DNA of 64,000 nucleotides from an uncultured Methanomicrobiales archaeon (lineage in GTDB: Archaea; Halobacteriota; Methanomicrobia; Methanomicrobiales; Methanospirillaceae), in NCBI GenBank assembly GCA_963697895.1, contig OY969100.1, positions 896,001-960,000 of the forward strand, written 5' to 3'. Below are positions 1-10,058 of the stretch, piece by piece (positions within the stretch are counted from its first letter, which is position 1; every line of letters starts with the position of its first letter). The translations under genes were made by a program, and so were the position numbers. Under the pieces are notes generated by a model that was not told the DNA's origin, made no database searches, and saw only the letters and a program-made list of their open reading frames with translations.

Positions 1-462
1 CCCCTCCATCGCCTTGCCCCATGAGATACGTTCTGTTTCGCTCGAGATCACGATATTCCTCCATCCGCCAGCCCCTGTCCGCGGTTTCAGGAAGGCGGGG
101 TATGAACCCTCTGCGGCGATCCTCGGCACGGGGAGATCCAAGTCCTCAAAGAAGTGCTGAAGAAAGAGCTTGTCCAGGAATGGTGCCACTTTTTCGGGGC
201 TGGTCCCACAGACTGGAATCGGGGTTGCAAGCGTTTCGGCTCCCGATGTGGCGACAAGCATGTCTATCCGGTGTCGCCCGCTCATCTCCGCAACCGCATC
301 GGGGAGTTCTTCAAGCTCCTCGAATTGCAGGGAATCCGCGGCATACCAGCCCAGATCCTGGTCACAGAAGTGATCTATCGCATAAACGGTATACCCTGCC
401 CGGCTGGCCGACTGTGCTACGTGGCGTGTAGCAAACCCGACCACAAGAACGGATGGTTTCAC
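1..462 (-). CDS. ATP-grasp domain protein (COG2232-like), 5' part only; runs off the window start
   Basis: Hand translation from GTG at 462 (GTGA overlap with the trm56 stop): [37 protein letters not shown]...FLDK...[13 protein letters not shown]. This is a typical archaeal ATP-grasp N-terminus plus the KP..GAGG loop. Absent from the ORF track because it is open-ended. Confidence 0.8.
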   Translation of the reverse strand, partial: MKPSVLVVGFATRHVAQSASRAGYTVYAIDHFCDQDLGWYAADSLQFEELEELPDAVAEMSGRHRIDMLVATSGAETLATPIPVCGTSPEKVAPFLDKLFLQHFFEDLDLPVPRIAAEGSYPAFLKPRTGAGGWRNIVISSETERISWGKAMEG

Positions 463-983
463 CACTCCTCGGTTGTTTTTCCCGCTTTCGTCGGGATCAC
501 CCGGATCCGCGACCCGGGAAATTCATGGGCCAGTTCTCTCCCCTCGTACAGGTGGTCGAGGAAGACGGCGAGGCTCGAGATCTCGGAGTGCGGCTGGTTT
601 GTGACCGCCACATTGTAGTCTGCAAGGCCGAAGAGTTCCCCGGGTACTTTTTCGGCACCGACCACCACCAGGATGCGTTCCTCCGCCCGGATCTCCCTCT
701 CCCGGTCGCGGAGGCGCTCGCCATACATTGTCAGGTGAACAACGACTCCCCCGGTTTCCTTCCATTTCCGGATACAGCCGCGCCATTTCACCTCGTCCCT
801 GATGAAGAATTCTCCCCCCCACCGTGTAACCACATCCGTGATACTCTGGACTACCCCTTTGTCTGCCGCTGCGAGATACATGCCCTCGGCGCCCAGCGCC
901 CTGGCGGTAAGACCGACGTGGGTGGTCACCCGCTGGTCCCGTTCGGGCCGGTGCCCCAGACGGAGAATGGCGACCTCTTGCAT
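459..983 (-). CDS. trm56: tRNA (cytidine(56)-2'-O)-methyltransferase (SPOUT, aTrm56)
   Basis: [48 protein letters not shown] and NQPHSE are signature motifs. Start moved to the ATG at 983. Confidence 0.95.
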   Translation of the reverse strand: MQEVAILRLGHRPERDQRVTTHVGLTARALGAEGMYLAAADKGVVQSITDVVTRWGGEFFIRDEVKWRGCIRKWKETGGVVVHLTMYGERLRDREREIRAEERILVVVGAEKVPGELFGLADYNVAVTNQPHSEISSLAVFLDHLYEGRELAHEFPGSRIRVIPTKAGKTTEEW

Positions 984-984
984 C

Positions 985-1266
985 TCACGGCCCTTCCTTC
1001 TTTTTTGACCGGATAATGCCGCCCTCGATGGTAAAGGGGAGTTCCCGGTCATGCCTGCAGTGACATTTTACCAGCATCTCCTGGAATGCCAGCGTCCGGT
1101 ATCCCGTTTCACCGGCCTCTATCAGCAAATAATTGGCAAGCCGGGAGAGAGAGGCTTCTATTTCAGCTTCTGGACAAGGTACGGCCTGAGAAAGTTCCCC
1201 TGCAGTTCTGCCGGTTCCCTGGAGGATCAGGTGATATACCAGCCAGTCCAGATCGGCATCGTTCAC
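985..1266 (-). CDS. Small winged-helix/MarR-like hypothetical protein
   Basis: C-terminal part of ORF 985..1545, from GTG at 1266: [15 protein letters not shown]...TAGELSQAV...[16 protein letters not shown], an HTH-like pattern. Ends 1 nt before the trm56 start. Confidence 0.65.
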   Translation of the reverse strand: MNDADLDWLVYHLILQGTGRTAGELSQAVPCPEAEIEASLSRLANYLLIEAGETGYRTLAFQEMLVKCHCRHDRELPFTIEGGIIRSKKKEGP

Positions 1267-1384
1267 CTGTACTGATGATTCAGGTGCGGGAATATAGCTT
1301 ACCACCCGTACTGGTTCGTAGTCACCTAAGGAACCGGTTTCCCCGAGGCAGCGGTGAACTTTTCCCCTTGGGAGGCAAGTGGTG

Positions 1385-1798
1385 ATGATGACAGCCGGCG
1401 AGCCGATCCCGACGTACCAGGATCTCGGAGATATTGCAGAAGAACTGTTCGAGGAGAGCAATGATGACCCCGTGAAACTCGCCGGACTTATCGACCGCCT
1501 CGATCCCCTCATCCGGAACGAACTTCTGATATCCGACTTCCTCAATGCATACCAGACTTTTTATTATTTTTTCCGTGAAGAGCCCGGTGATCTTGAGAAA
1601 GACCGGATGATCCTGGAACCCGCATCGTCGCTCGAGCAGGGGATCCTGATTCATGAGATCGATCTTTTTGAAGTCATATTCCGGGTGGAGGATGCGGAGC
1701 CGGTCGTCTCGGTCGGCGACGGGGAGCAGATCCTTGCCAATTATCATGGTACCGATGCGTATCGCCGGGCAATCCGGTTCATCGACGAAAATCTCTGA
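1385..1798 (+). CDS. Acidic conserved hypothetical protein
   Basis: Protein-like composition (MTAGEPIPTYQDLGDIAEELFEES...), GGAGG upstream, divergent from the trm56 unit. Confidence 0.75.
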   Translation: MMTAGEPIPTYQDLGDIAEELFEESNDDPVKLAGLIDRLDPLIRNELLISDFLNAYQTFYYFFREEPGDLEKDRMILEPASSLEQGILIHEIDLFEVIFRVEDAEPVVSVGDGEQILANYHGTDAYRRAIRFIDENL

Positions 1799-1927
1799 AT
1801 TGAATAGTCCCGCCATGAACCTCCCCGGAGAGGGAACCGGACCGTGCAACCGTATCGGATAATAAAAGATGTATGAAATTCCTGATTCAGGAGTTTTTTT
1901 AACTCCCAAGATCTCGAAAAAATGCAT

Positions 1928-2650
1928 CTAATGACCGGTAAGCGATCTCCCTGCGGTGATCAGCCCCTCGTCTACCCGGGCCCGATTCAGGCGCGGGATC
2001 TTTCCCCATGAAGTAATATAATCACCGATGACTACCCAGACGCCACAGACCGATTTCGGGTCCAGGGTGTTGAAGACCTGTGTCTCTCCCGGCCTTACCG
2101 TATTGCAGATCGCTGTGGCAAACGCATCAGCGATCGCGACATCCCGGGAGAACACCGTGACCGCATCGGCAATACCGAACGATATGGATGGGCCGACCGT
2201 CGCCGACGAGGTGCAGCATCCGAGGATCTTCCGCTGGGGGGGGATTTCAAAAGCATACCGGTTGCTGACCGGAGCATCTCCCGCATGCACCCCGATACGT
2301 ACCTCCCGGTCGCTTATGATTGCAATGTCGCCTCCGTTATCGATGATGCCGAAGGCTGCCCCTTCCTCCGCCATTGCTTCCACTCCCGCCCAGGCGATTG
2401 CCCCTGCCACCGCCGCCATCGGACCGACTCCTGCTGCCTTCCCGGCATAGGCCATCCGCCGTACGATCAGGTCTTCACATTCGGGTGAATATGGTTCGAG
2501 AGTTGCGCCAAAGAACGGATCTCTGGCAATACACCGCTCAACCGCCTGACGGGCGGCGATCAGCCCCCGGCATGCTGCATCGATCGCTGTCTGTTCGTCT
2601 GCCAGGATCGTTGCGATCGTCTCACGGAGCTCGAAATGGTGCCTGATCAT
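1928..2650 (-). CDS. UPF0280 / COG2122 ApbE-like protein (MA1715-type sulfur-assimilation protein)
   Basis: MIRHHFELRETIATILAD, VGPMAAVAGAIA, IIDNGGDIA, CTSSATVGPSISFGIADAVTV and ADAFATA motifs. Start moved to 2650. Confidence 0.9.
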   Translation of the reverse strand: MIRHHFELRETIATILADEQTAIDAACRGLIAARQAVERCIARDPFFGATLEPYSPECEDLIVRRMAYAGKAAGVGPMAAVAGAIAWAGVEAMAEEGAAFGIIDNGGDIAIISDREVRIGVHAGDAPVSNRYAFEIPPQRKILGCCTSSATVGPSISFGIADAVTVFSRDVAIADAFATAICNTVRPGETQVFNTLDPKSVCGVWVVIGDYITSWGKIPRLNRARVDEGLITAGRSLTGH

Positions 2651-2922
2651 CACTCTCACCCTCTTCACAGGTGAATAATCGAAAGAAAAGGTGCTCCCTC
2701 CCTGCTCATAAGGGTAGGGGGTAGACCGGATCATCATCAAACAGGCCTTCATGGAGCACCGCGGCAAGCAGGAGAGGGTCTTCCCGCACACACCATCTGC
2801 AGAGACGGTCACCGGGGGCGGCGATGTTCATCGCAGCAGAATTGCTAATTCTGAAGCATTTGGCGGCTTTTTTGGTCACCCACTATCTATTTATCATCAG
2901 GAAAAAGAGCGATGATGAGAAT

Positions 2923-4242
2923 ATGCATCGGGATCCCAGATTCAGCCACCGTTCCCGTCACCGGACAGGTACACCCCCGGATGAACGGTACCTGATCATG
3001 ATCCGGGTGAACGACTGGCAGATATCCCGGCTCACCGGGGAGATTTCCCGGCTGTTCCTGAAACGCGGCGATATTTCCCGGTTTCCGCATGTCACCCTGT
3101 ACGGCACTTTCCGGCTGACGACCGGAATGGGACCCGGGATACTCCGGGATCTCATCGAACAGGCCGCATCTCATGCCCATCACCTCCCGTTTACCATCTC
3201 AGAATGGACACGGATGCAGGGGAGGAAAGGGGAAGCTGTCGGATACCATGTAGACCCTTCTCCGGGTCTTGATATGTTCTACCGTCATCTGACCGCGTCC
3301 CTTATCCCTGCGACTGAGAGCCGGATCTGGATTGACCGTGCCCCGGAAAAACGGCGGATGCACATCACATTTGCGTTCAACCTGGCCGAGGCGGATGCTG
3401 AACGGATATGGGAGTTTCTTCACCAGGTCACCCCATCTGCGGAAGGGGAAACCGGCGGGCAATACCGGCATCTGGGGCAAGCGGGTAAACAGGGGAAAGG
3501 TGAATGTACCGATCTTGAGGGGTTACGGGTTGCACTCTTCCGGAACGGCGCCCTTATGGCTGAATATGATCTCCCGACCCGGCAGTGGCTCGACCGGGCG
3601 GGCTGTTTCAGTCCCACTGCCTGGAGGAACACGCTCGCGCACTTCCGCAGGCTCCAGGGATACGAACGGGATCTCCCCCAGTATGCCCGGGACCCCGAGA
3701 CCTATCTCATCTCCGATCTTCATCTCGACCATGAGAACATCATCCGGTACTGCCGGCGACCCTTCGCCGATGCCCATGAGATGAGCCGGATTCTGATTAG
3801 AAACTGGAACTGTACCGTCCGCCCGGATGAGACCATATACCACCTCGGGGACTTGCGGTACTCTTCCGGAAAGAGCATGCCCGGGATCTCCGGCCCTGCA
3901 CCAGATCTCCGGGGAAAAGTATGCCTGGTCCGGGGAAACCATGATAACGATCTCCCCAATACCGCCACGGCCCTCGAGATCTCCTGCGGCGGTGAACAAT
4001 TTCTCCTGATTCACAATCCCGACAATGCACCGGCCGGGTTCCCGGGATGGGTGATCCATGGGCATACGCACAATCACGATCTCTGCACATACCCGTTTTT
4101 TAATAGGAAATGCAGGAGAATCAACGTCAGCGCAGAAGTGATAGGGTATCTCCCTGTCGGCACGATGCAGGTGCTGGCGTTAATCCATTCCGGCGTGGAT
4201 ATCCTCCGGACCCTGCCGCGGGAAAAAGAGCCGGAGCCTTAA
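2923..4242 (+). CDS. 2H phosphoesterase (2'-5' RNA ligase-like) fused to a calcineurin-like metallophosphoesterase
   Basis: The N-half has two HxT motifs (PHVTLYG, MHITFAF). The C-half has SDLHLDH, HLGDL, RGNHD, LIHNP and IHGHTH. Start uncertain (2923 or 2998). Confidence 0.85.
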   Translation: MHRDPRFSHRSRHRTGTPPDERYLIMIRVNDWQISRLTGEISRLFLKRGDISRFPHVTLYGTFRLTTGMGPGILRDLIEQAASHAHHLPFTISEWTRMQGRKGEAVGYHVDPSPGLDMFYRHLTASLIPATESRIWIDRAPEKRRMHITFAFNLAEADAERIWEFLHQVTPSAEGETGGQYRHLGQAGKQGKGECTDLEGLRVALFRNGALMAEYDLPTRQWLDRAGCFSPTAWRNTLAHFRRLQGYERDLPQYARDPETYLISDLHLDHENIIRYCRRPFADAHEMSRILIRNWNCTVRPDETIYHLGDLRYSSGKSMPGISGPAPDLRGKVCLVRGNHDNDLPNTATALEISCGGEQFLLIHNPDNAPAGFPGWVIHGHTHNHDLCTYPFFNRKCRRINVSAEVIGYLPVGTMQVLALIHSGVDILRTLPREKEPEP

Positions 4243-4631
4243 TATTCTTCCTTCTGAACAAGTGCCCCGTGCGGGCATACATCGACACACCTGCCGCAGA
4301 GAACACATCGCTCTTCGACGAGCCGGAGCTTCCAGTCTTCATCAAAGTAGAATACCTCCTGCGGGCAGATACTGATGCATGCGCCACAGTCGACGCACTC
4401 GCTCTCGTCCAGGCTGATGCTGTGTTCCAGCACCCTGACCGTGGCCCCGAGTCTCGCAAGTTCCTCCTTTACGAGCTGACACGTATCATCCGGGATGTCG
4501 ATCAGGGCTTCGCCTTCTGACGAGTCTATGAGGGCGCGTTCCACATTGACGAGCACTCCGGTATTTTTCACAACCTGCGCAATGATCGGTTTTTTCCCCG
4601 TTTTTCGTGAGAATGTGACCAGGAGCTTCAT
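4239..4631 (-). CDS. NIL-domain 2x[4Fe-4S] ferredoxin (MA1822-like partner of homocysteine biosynthesis)
   Basis: N-terminal NIL-like domain and two CxxCxxCxxxCP motifs (CVDCGACISICP, CVLCGRCVDVCP). ATGA overlap with the DUF39 gene. Confidence 0.9.
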   Translation of the reverse strand: MKLLVTFSRKTGKKPIIAQVVKNTGVLVNVERALIDSSEGEALIDIPDDTCQLVKEELARLGATVRVLEHSISLDESECVDCGACISICPQEVFYFDEDWKLRLVEERCVLCGRCVDVCPHGALVQKEEY

Positions 4632-6136
4632 TTGAGCCATCTCCCGCCGACCAGCTTGGACAGGTCCATTGCCGTCAGCAATGCGAGAACATGGTTCTCA
4701 CGGTCGATCACCGGAAGCGCACTGATATTATGCCGTTCGAGTTTCTGAACGGCGATGTCGACCGGTTCATCCGGGGTCGTGGTGACGACTTTCTTCTTCA
4801 TGATATCCTTCACATGTGAAGCCTTCCCCGGATTTACCACCGCTTTGGAGATATCATAGGTGGTGACTATCCCCACCAGTTCTCCATCCCGGTTGAGTAC
4901 CGGGAGGTGATTGGACTCTCCCTTCAGGAGTGTGCGGGCTGCCGTCCGGATATCCTCGTCTTCCCCGATGCTGACGAACCGGCGGTCCATGATATCGATG
5001 ACCCTCGGCACGTGAATGGTTTCATGCATCGGTTTTGCCCCCTTTTTCGTATCTATTCTCCGGGCCGGGGCGACCATCTGCATCTTCCCCTGTTCCACCC
5101 AGTCTTTCAGCAAAACAGCCACTTCCCTTGCCTTCCGGAAACTGGAGAGAGAGGAGGTCCGGACTTCTTCTCCCCCGATCTCGATAATTCCTTTCCTGAG
5201 TTCTGCATAACTTACCTTCCGGAGGGATGGCCGGTTCCTGCTCGGCACTCCGTAGTCCATCAGATCCACAAGGATATCCTCATCACGGACCGCAGTGCTT
5301 CTCACCATGCCGATATTGGTGATCGGGAGCGGGATTCCAAGCCCAACGTAGAGCGTCACACCATATTCGGTCATCGTTGCCGCCCGGATAAAATCACGCG
5401 ACATTCCCTGCATCTCACCGGTCACCATCAGGGTGCCAAACCCACCCGCGGGTGAAGCCTGCGTTCCTTCACCGATCACCATCCCCGGACCACCCCCGAG
5501 GAAGAGGGGGACACCGCCCCCGATTGCGGTGAATGACGGATCGTTCATGATCGGGTTTAAAAGTCCTGCCCCCGAGTACGTGACATTTCCGCAGCCCGGC
5601 AGCAGGGTGCCCATGTAGGTGTGCAGTACACGGTCTGTCGTGTTTGCGGCTGCATTGTACCGCTGATATCCATTCCGGGGATTGCACATGATCGCCTGGT
5701 TCAGGTCATCGAGAACCAGTTCCGTGGTGATCGTGCGCCGGGGATAACAATCGGTCCCGCGTGAGATTGCCCGGAGCTCTATCGATTTCCCCGCGATAAA
5801 ATCCTCCATTACATGGGCCCCGCCATAGTTCTCCCCCCGGGTGGTCGACTCTTGGGTCGCTCCGATATAGGCGTCCACTGCAGCGAGACCACCATACGCC
5901 TCGACATCGTTCAGCCATACCCGTTCCATCCGTATGGGAGGCTCTGCATGGCCGAAATTTAAAAAAGCGCCGGATGAACACATCGCACCGAAGGTCCCCG
6001 TCGTGACCACGTCCACCTCGCGGAGCGCTTCCTCCTCCCCGAGTTCCTGCACGATATCCGGCATCTCCTCAGCGGTAACCACGCGGGCATTTCCATCATG
6101 GATCCGCTGATTGATCAGCTCGATGGACTTGTTCAT
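4628..6136 (-). CDS. L-aspartate semialdehyde sulfurtransferase / homocysteine biosynthesis protein (DUF39 + 2 CBS; MA1821-like)
   Basis: VDVVTTGTFGAMCSSGAFLNFGH, GTDCYPR and NPRNGYQRY motifs, plus a C-terminal CBS pair. Confidence 0.93.
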   Translation of the reverse strand: MNKSIELINQRIHDGNARVVTAEEMPDIVQELGEEEALREVDVVTTGTFGAMCSSGAFLNFGHAEPPIRMERVWLNDVEAYGGLAAVDAYIGATQESTTRGENYGGAHVMEDFIAGKSIELRAISRGTDCYPRRTITTELVLDDLNQAIMCNPRNGYQRYNAAANTTDRVLHTYMGTLLPGCGNVTYSGAGLLNPIMNDPSFTAIGGGVPLFLGGGPGMVIGEGTQASPAGGFGTLMVTGEMQGMSRDFIRAATMTEYGVTLYVGLGIPLPITNIGMVRSTAVRDEDILVDLMDYGVPSRNRPSLRKVSYAELRKGIIEIGGEEVRTSSLSSFRKAREVAVLLKDWVEQGKMQMVAPARRIDTKKGAKPMHETIHVPRVIDIMDRRFVSIGEDEDIRTAARTLLKGESNHLPVLNRDGELVGIVTTYDISKAVVNPGKASHVKDIMKKKVVTTTPDEPVDIAVQKLERHNISALPVIDRENHVLALLTAMDLSKLVGGRWLK

Positions 6137-6230
6137 TCAGGCGAGATATGTTTTTAAGAATATTTATAGATACTGGTTATTACTGGTGTTAATAAATTCT
6201 CTTATAACATATTCGGGCATATCAGTGAGT

Positions 6231-6938
6231 ATGGACTTGGGTGCATTCATCCGCGAGATGGAGCTGATTGCGCCTCCGGAACTGGCGGAACCCTGGGATA
6301 CGAATCGGATCGGGCTTATCATAGAAGGAGGAGAAGATATCGGGCGGGTCTGCTCTGCACTTGATGCAACTCCAGCGGTGGTTGCCGGAGCTATTGAGCA
6401 CGATGCCGATATGATCGTCCTGCACCACACCCCCCTCTGGGATCCGGTTACCCGCCTCGGCGGTTCCCTCATGCCCATTCTCCGGTCGATCCTTGCGGCG
6501 GATATTGGTCTGTACGTCATGCACACGAACTTCGACCGGGCACCGGGAGGAGTGAATGACACCCTCGCATCGCTCCTATCGGTAACCGGTATGGAACCGA
6601 TGACGACAGGCCTGATCGGTACCTGTAACCTCTCACCGGCAGAAATCCGGGACCGGCTCGGGTCCCCGGTACAGGTATGGGGGCGTATCGACCGGATCCG
6701 GCGTATTGGCCTGGTTGCCGGGAGCGGGTTTGATCCTCGCCTGATTAGAGAAGCCTCGATGCTCGGTGCGGATGCCTTCCTCTCTGCCGAGTTGAAACAC
6801 TCGGTCTTCCGGGACTCACCCCTCCCCTGCATCGAAGCGACCCATTATGCCCTGGAGGCCCCCGGTATGCAGGCGCTGGCGGCCCGGATGGGTTGGACAT
6901 TTATCGACGACCCGCCGCTGGTCACCTGCTATGGATGA
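6231..6938 (+). CDS. Nif3-like dinuclear metal centre protein (DUF34)
   Basis: APPELAEPWD..IGL, ALDAT, LHHTPLW, MHTNFD, AELKH and ATHYALE motifs. Start at ATG 6231. Confidence 0.92.
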   Translation: MDLGAFIREMELIAPPELAEPWDTNRIGLIIEGGEDIGRVCSALDATPAVVAGAIEHDADMIVLHHTPLWDPVTRLGGSLMPILRSILAADIGLYVMHTNFDRAPGGVNDTLASLLSVTGMEPMTTGLIGTCNLSPAEIRDRLGSPVQVWGRIDRIRRIGLVAGSGFDPRLIREASMLGADAFLSAELKHSVFRDSPLPCIEATHYALEAPGMQALAARMGWTFIDDPPLVTCYG

Positions 6939-7263
6939 AGAACTCCGGGCCCTGCTCTCCCGGGAAGGATCCCTCACCCCCGCGGTGCGGGATGCCATCA
7001 TACAGGCATGCGGTGAACGGGGAAAGAAGGCGCTGAAGGCGATCGATGAACGGCGTATCAAACAGTACCGGGATTTTACCGTCGTGGTCGGCATCTCGGA
7101 TGAATACATCGTCGACGAGGAGTTCTGTACCTGCCAGGCGTCCCTGTACCGGCGTGGCCGGTGCTGGCATATTCTCGCGGTGGAGATCGCAGGCCGGGTA
7201 AACGCCTTTGAGGTCATCGATGCCTGGTACCAGGAGAACCTGAATGAAGACGGGGCCTCCTGA
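6931..7263 (+). CDS. SWIM zinc-finger protein
   Basis: CTC-x9-CWH SWIM motif (FCTCQASLYRRGRCWHILAV). Overlaps the nif3-like stop. Confidence 0.85.
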   Translation: MDEELRALLSREGSLTPAVRDAIIQACGERGKKALKAIDERRIKQYRDFTVVVGISDEYIVDEEFCTCQASLYRRGRCWHILAVEIAGRVNAFEVIDAWYQENLNEDGAS

Positions 7264-7316
7264 CAAACAATATTTATCGTTCGCAGCCGAATAAATGGAT
7301 AAGTTCGTGGTTTTTC

Positions 7317-10058
7317 ATGCTGGAAGAAGAATATCAGCTCGAATACTTCAAAACAAATGGGTTGCTGCGGAAGTCCTGCAAAAAGTGCGGGGCCGCGTTC
7401 TGGACGAGGGACCCAACCCGTGATATATGCGGCGATGCTCCCTGCGAACCCTATAATTTTATCGCCCACCCGGTCTTCCGGCGTCACAGCGTTGAAGAAA
7501 TGCGTGAAGCCTTTCTCTCTTTCTTCGAACGGAACGGCCACACAAAGATAGAGCGGTACCCCGTCGTTGCCCGCTGGAGGGATGATATATACCTGACAAT
7601 CGCATCGATCGCTGATTTCCAGCCCTTTGTAACCTCCGGGGTCGTTCCCCCGCCGGCAAATCCTCTCACCATCTCGCAGCCCTGTATCCGTCTCAACGAT
7701 CTGGATTCAGTCGGCCGGTCCGGTCGTCATCTGACAGAATTCGAGATGATGGCACATCACGCATTCAATACCGAACACGAAGAGGTGTACTGGAAGGACC
7801 GGACGGTCGAGCTCTGCGACCAGTTCATCGCGTCCATCGGGGGCGACCTGAACCGGGTCTCCTACAAGGAGCACCCGTGGATAGGCGGGGGGAACGCAGG
7901 ACCAAGCCTGGAGGTGCTTATCGGTGGTCTTGAGGTGGCCACCCTCGTATTCATGAACCTCGGGCGGGAGAAGACGGACCAGCCGGGGATCGATATCGGC
8001 GGTGAACGGTACTACCCGATGAAGACCCGGATCGTCGATACCGGGTACGGGCTCGAACGGTTCGTCTGGGCATCACGGGGTTCCCCGACGATCTATGATG
8101 CCGTTTTCCCGGAGATGGTCAGCACCGTGATGGAATCGGCGGGTATGGAACATCTCCTGAACGACCCGGAGTATACGAAGATCCTCGCATTGAATGCGAA
8201 ATTCGCGGGGCTTATGGATATAACGGGAGCGAATCTCTACCAGCTTCGCAAACGGGTTGCCTCGGCGATCGATGTCCCCCTCGAGAAGCTCGACCGGATG
8301 ATCGCACCGATCGAGAAGGTGTATGCGGTCGTCGACCATACCCGGTGCCTCGCCTATATGCTCGGGGACTGCATCGTCCCGTCCAACGTCCGTGAAGGAT
8401 ACCTTGCCCGACTCGTACTCCGGCGGACTCTCCGCATGATGAACGATCTGGGAATGAAGAGCGATATCGGGGATCTCGTCGAGCAGCAGATGCGGATCAT
8501 CGGCACAGGGACATTCCAGCAGGATGTCGTTGTTACCCGCGAGATCATTGCACGGGAGGTGGAGAAGTACGCCCAGACGCTCTCGCGGGGGACGAAAATT
8601 GTCCAGAAGATCGCACGCAGCTACAAGACGAAGAGCCAGCGTGTACCGCTCAAAGAGATCATCACGCTGTATGATTCTCATGGGATCTCCCCAGAGATAA
8701 TCCGCGATGTTGCCGCTGCAGAGGGTGCGGTTATCGAACTGCCGGATAACTTCTACTCGCTGATCGCCGATATGCATTCGGAATCGCGAAAAGAGGAGGT
8801 TCCGGATCGGTTCGGTGGGTATCGTGAACGGATCAGGGGACTGCCGCCGACCCGGAAACTCTATTATGAACAGCCCTGTGATATGGAATTCGATGCGATG
8901 GTGATCGATTCCTTCGACGGGTGGGTCGTCCTCGATCAGACCCTCTTTTATCCGGAAGGAGGGGGACAGCCGTCGGATACCGGGATGCTGATCAGTGCGG
9001 AGAACATGGCCCGGATCGACGAGGTGGTAAAGGAAGACGACGTCGTCATGCATCATATCACCGGAGGGATGCTGAAACGGGGCGAACGCCTGAAAGGCAT
9101 CGTCGATGAAGAGCGGCGCTGGTCGCTGATGCGACACCATACCGCGACCCATCTCCTTCTCCGGGCGGCAAAAGACATCCTGGGTGCCCATATTCATCAG
9201 GCCGGGGCCCAGAAAGGGGTGGAGAGCTCCCGCCTCGATATCCGGCATTTCAAGCATATCACACCGGATGAACAAAGAAAGATCGAGATCGCCGCAAATC
9301 GCATGGTCATGGCCGACCAGCCGGTGGATATCCGGTATGAGGACCGGGTCAGTGCGGAGCAGGAATTCGGGTTCGAACTCTACCAGGGAGGCGTTCCACC
9401 CGGAAGAGATATTCGGATCGTGCATGTCGGCGGGGAGGTAGAGGCATGCGCCGGTACGCACTGCCGTACAACGGGCGAGATCGGGATAATTAAGATCACC
9501 GGCATCGAGCATATTCAGGACGGGATCGAACGGGTTGAGTTCTCCTCCGGGATGGCGGCGATCGAGTATATGCATCGCCTGGAAGGAATCGTTGACCAGG
9601 CAGCGGACGTGGTCTCTGTCCAGCGTGAATACCTTCCGTCGACCGTATCCCGTTTCTTCTCAGAGTGGAAAGACCAGAAGAAAGAGATCGACCGGCTCAG
9701 CCAGAAACTGGTGGAACTGGAGATCCTGCAGATGCACCCGGAACTCGTGAACGGGGTACCGGTCATGGTCCGGCAGATCGATCTTCCTCCCCGCGATCTG
9801 GTCGAGATCGCCGGAAAGGTATCGGAACAGGGAGGGGCGGCCCTTCTCGGCAGAGGTGGCGATCGCGCCCACGTGGTGCTGCTGTCCGGCCACCCGCAGG
9901 TCAATGCCGGGGAGATCATCGGCCAGGTCTGTTCCCTGCTCGGCGGGAAGGGGGGAGGATCCGGCACGATGGCCCAGGGGGGCGGCCCGGAGACCGGTCA
10001 GCTCGAGCTGGCACTGAAAGTCGGGCGGGAACGAATCATCGCGGCTCTCCATGACTGA
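7317..10058 (+). CDS. alaS: Alanine--tRNA ligase (archaeal type)
   Basis: 913 aa with LTIASIADFQP, QPCIRLND, DTGYGLER, DHTR, editing HTATH...CAGTH and a C-terminal GGKGGG...AQGGG. Confidence 0.98.
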   Translation: MLEEEYQLEYFKTNGLLRKSCKKCGAAFWTRDPTRDICGDAPCEPYNFIAHPVFRRHSVEEMREAFLSFFERNGHTKIERYPVVARWRDDIYLTIASIADFQPFVTSGVVPPPANPLTISQPCIRLNDLDSVGRSGRHLTEFEMMAHHAFNTEHEEVYWKDRTVELCDQFIASIGGDLNRVSYKEHPWIGGGNAGPSLEVLIGGLEVATLVFMNLGREKTDQPGIDIGGERYYPMKTRIVDTGYGLERFVWASRGSPTIYDAVFPEMVSTVMESAGMEHLLNDPEYTKILALNAKFAGLMDITGANLYQLRKRVASAIDVPLEKLDRMIAPIEKVYAVVDHTRCLAYMLGDCIVPSNVREGYLARLVLRRTLRMMNDLGMKSDIGDLVEQQMRIIGTGTFQQDVVVTREIIAREVEKYAQTLSRGTKIVQKIARSYKTKSQRVPLKEIITLYDSHGISPEIIRDVAAAEGAVIELPDNFYSLIADMHSESRKEEVPDRFGGYRERIRGLPPTRKLYYEQPCDMEFDAMVIDSFDGWVVLDQTLFYPEGGGQPSDTGMLISAENMARIDEVVKEDDVVMHHITGGMLKRGERLKGIVDEERRWSLMRHHTATHLLLRAAKDILGAHIHQAGAQKGVESSRLDIRHFKHITPDEQRKIEIAANRMVMADQPVDIRYEDRVSAEQEFGFELYQGGVPPGRDIRIVHVGGEVEACAGTHCRTTGEIGIIKITGIEHIQDGIERVEFSSGMAAIEYMHRLEGIVDQAADVVSVQREYLPSTVSRFFSEWKDQKKEIDRLSQKLVELEILQMHPELVNGVPVMVRQIDLPPRDLVEIAGKVSEQGGAALLGRGGDRAHVVLLSGHPQVNAGEIIGQVCSLLGGKGGGSGTMAQGGGPETGQLELALKVGRERIIAALHD

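Noticed and set aside
2706-2879. 41-57-aa minus-strand ORF (…MNIAAPGDRLCRWCVREDPLLL…) or structured RNA upstream of COG2122
   Set aside because: No convincing RBS and only a single CxxC. No SRP or RNase P consensus recognised.
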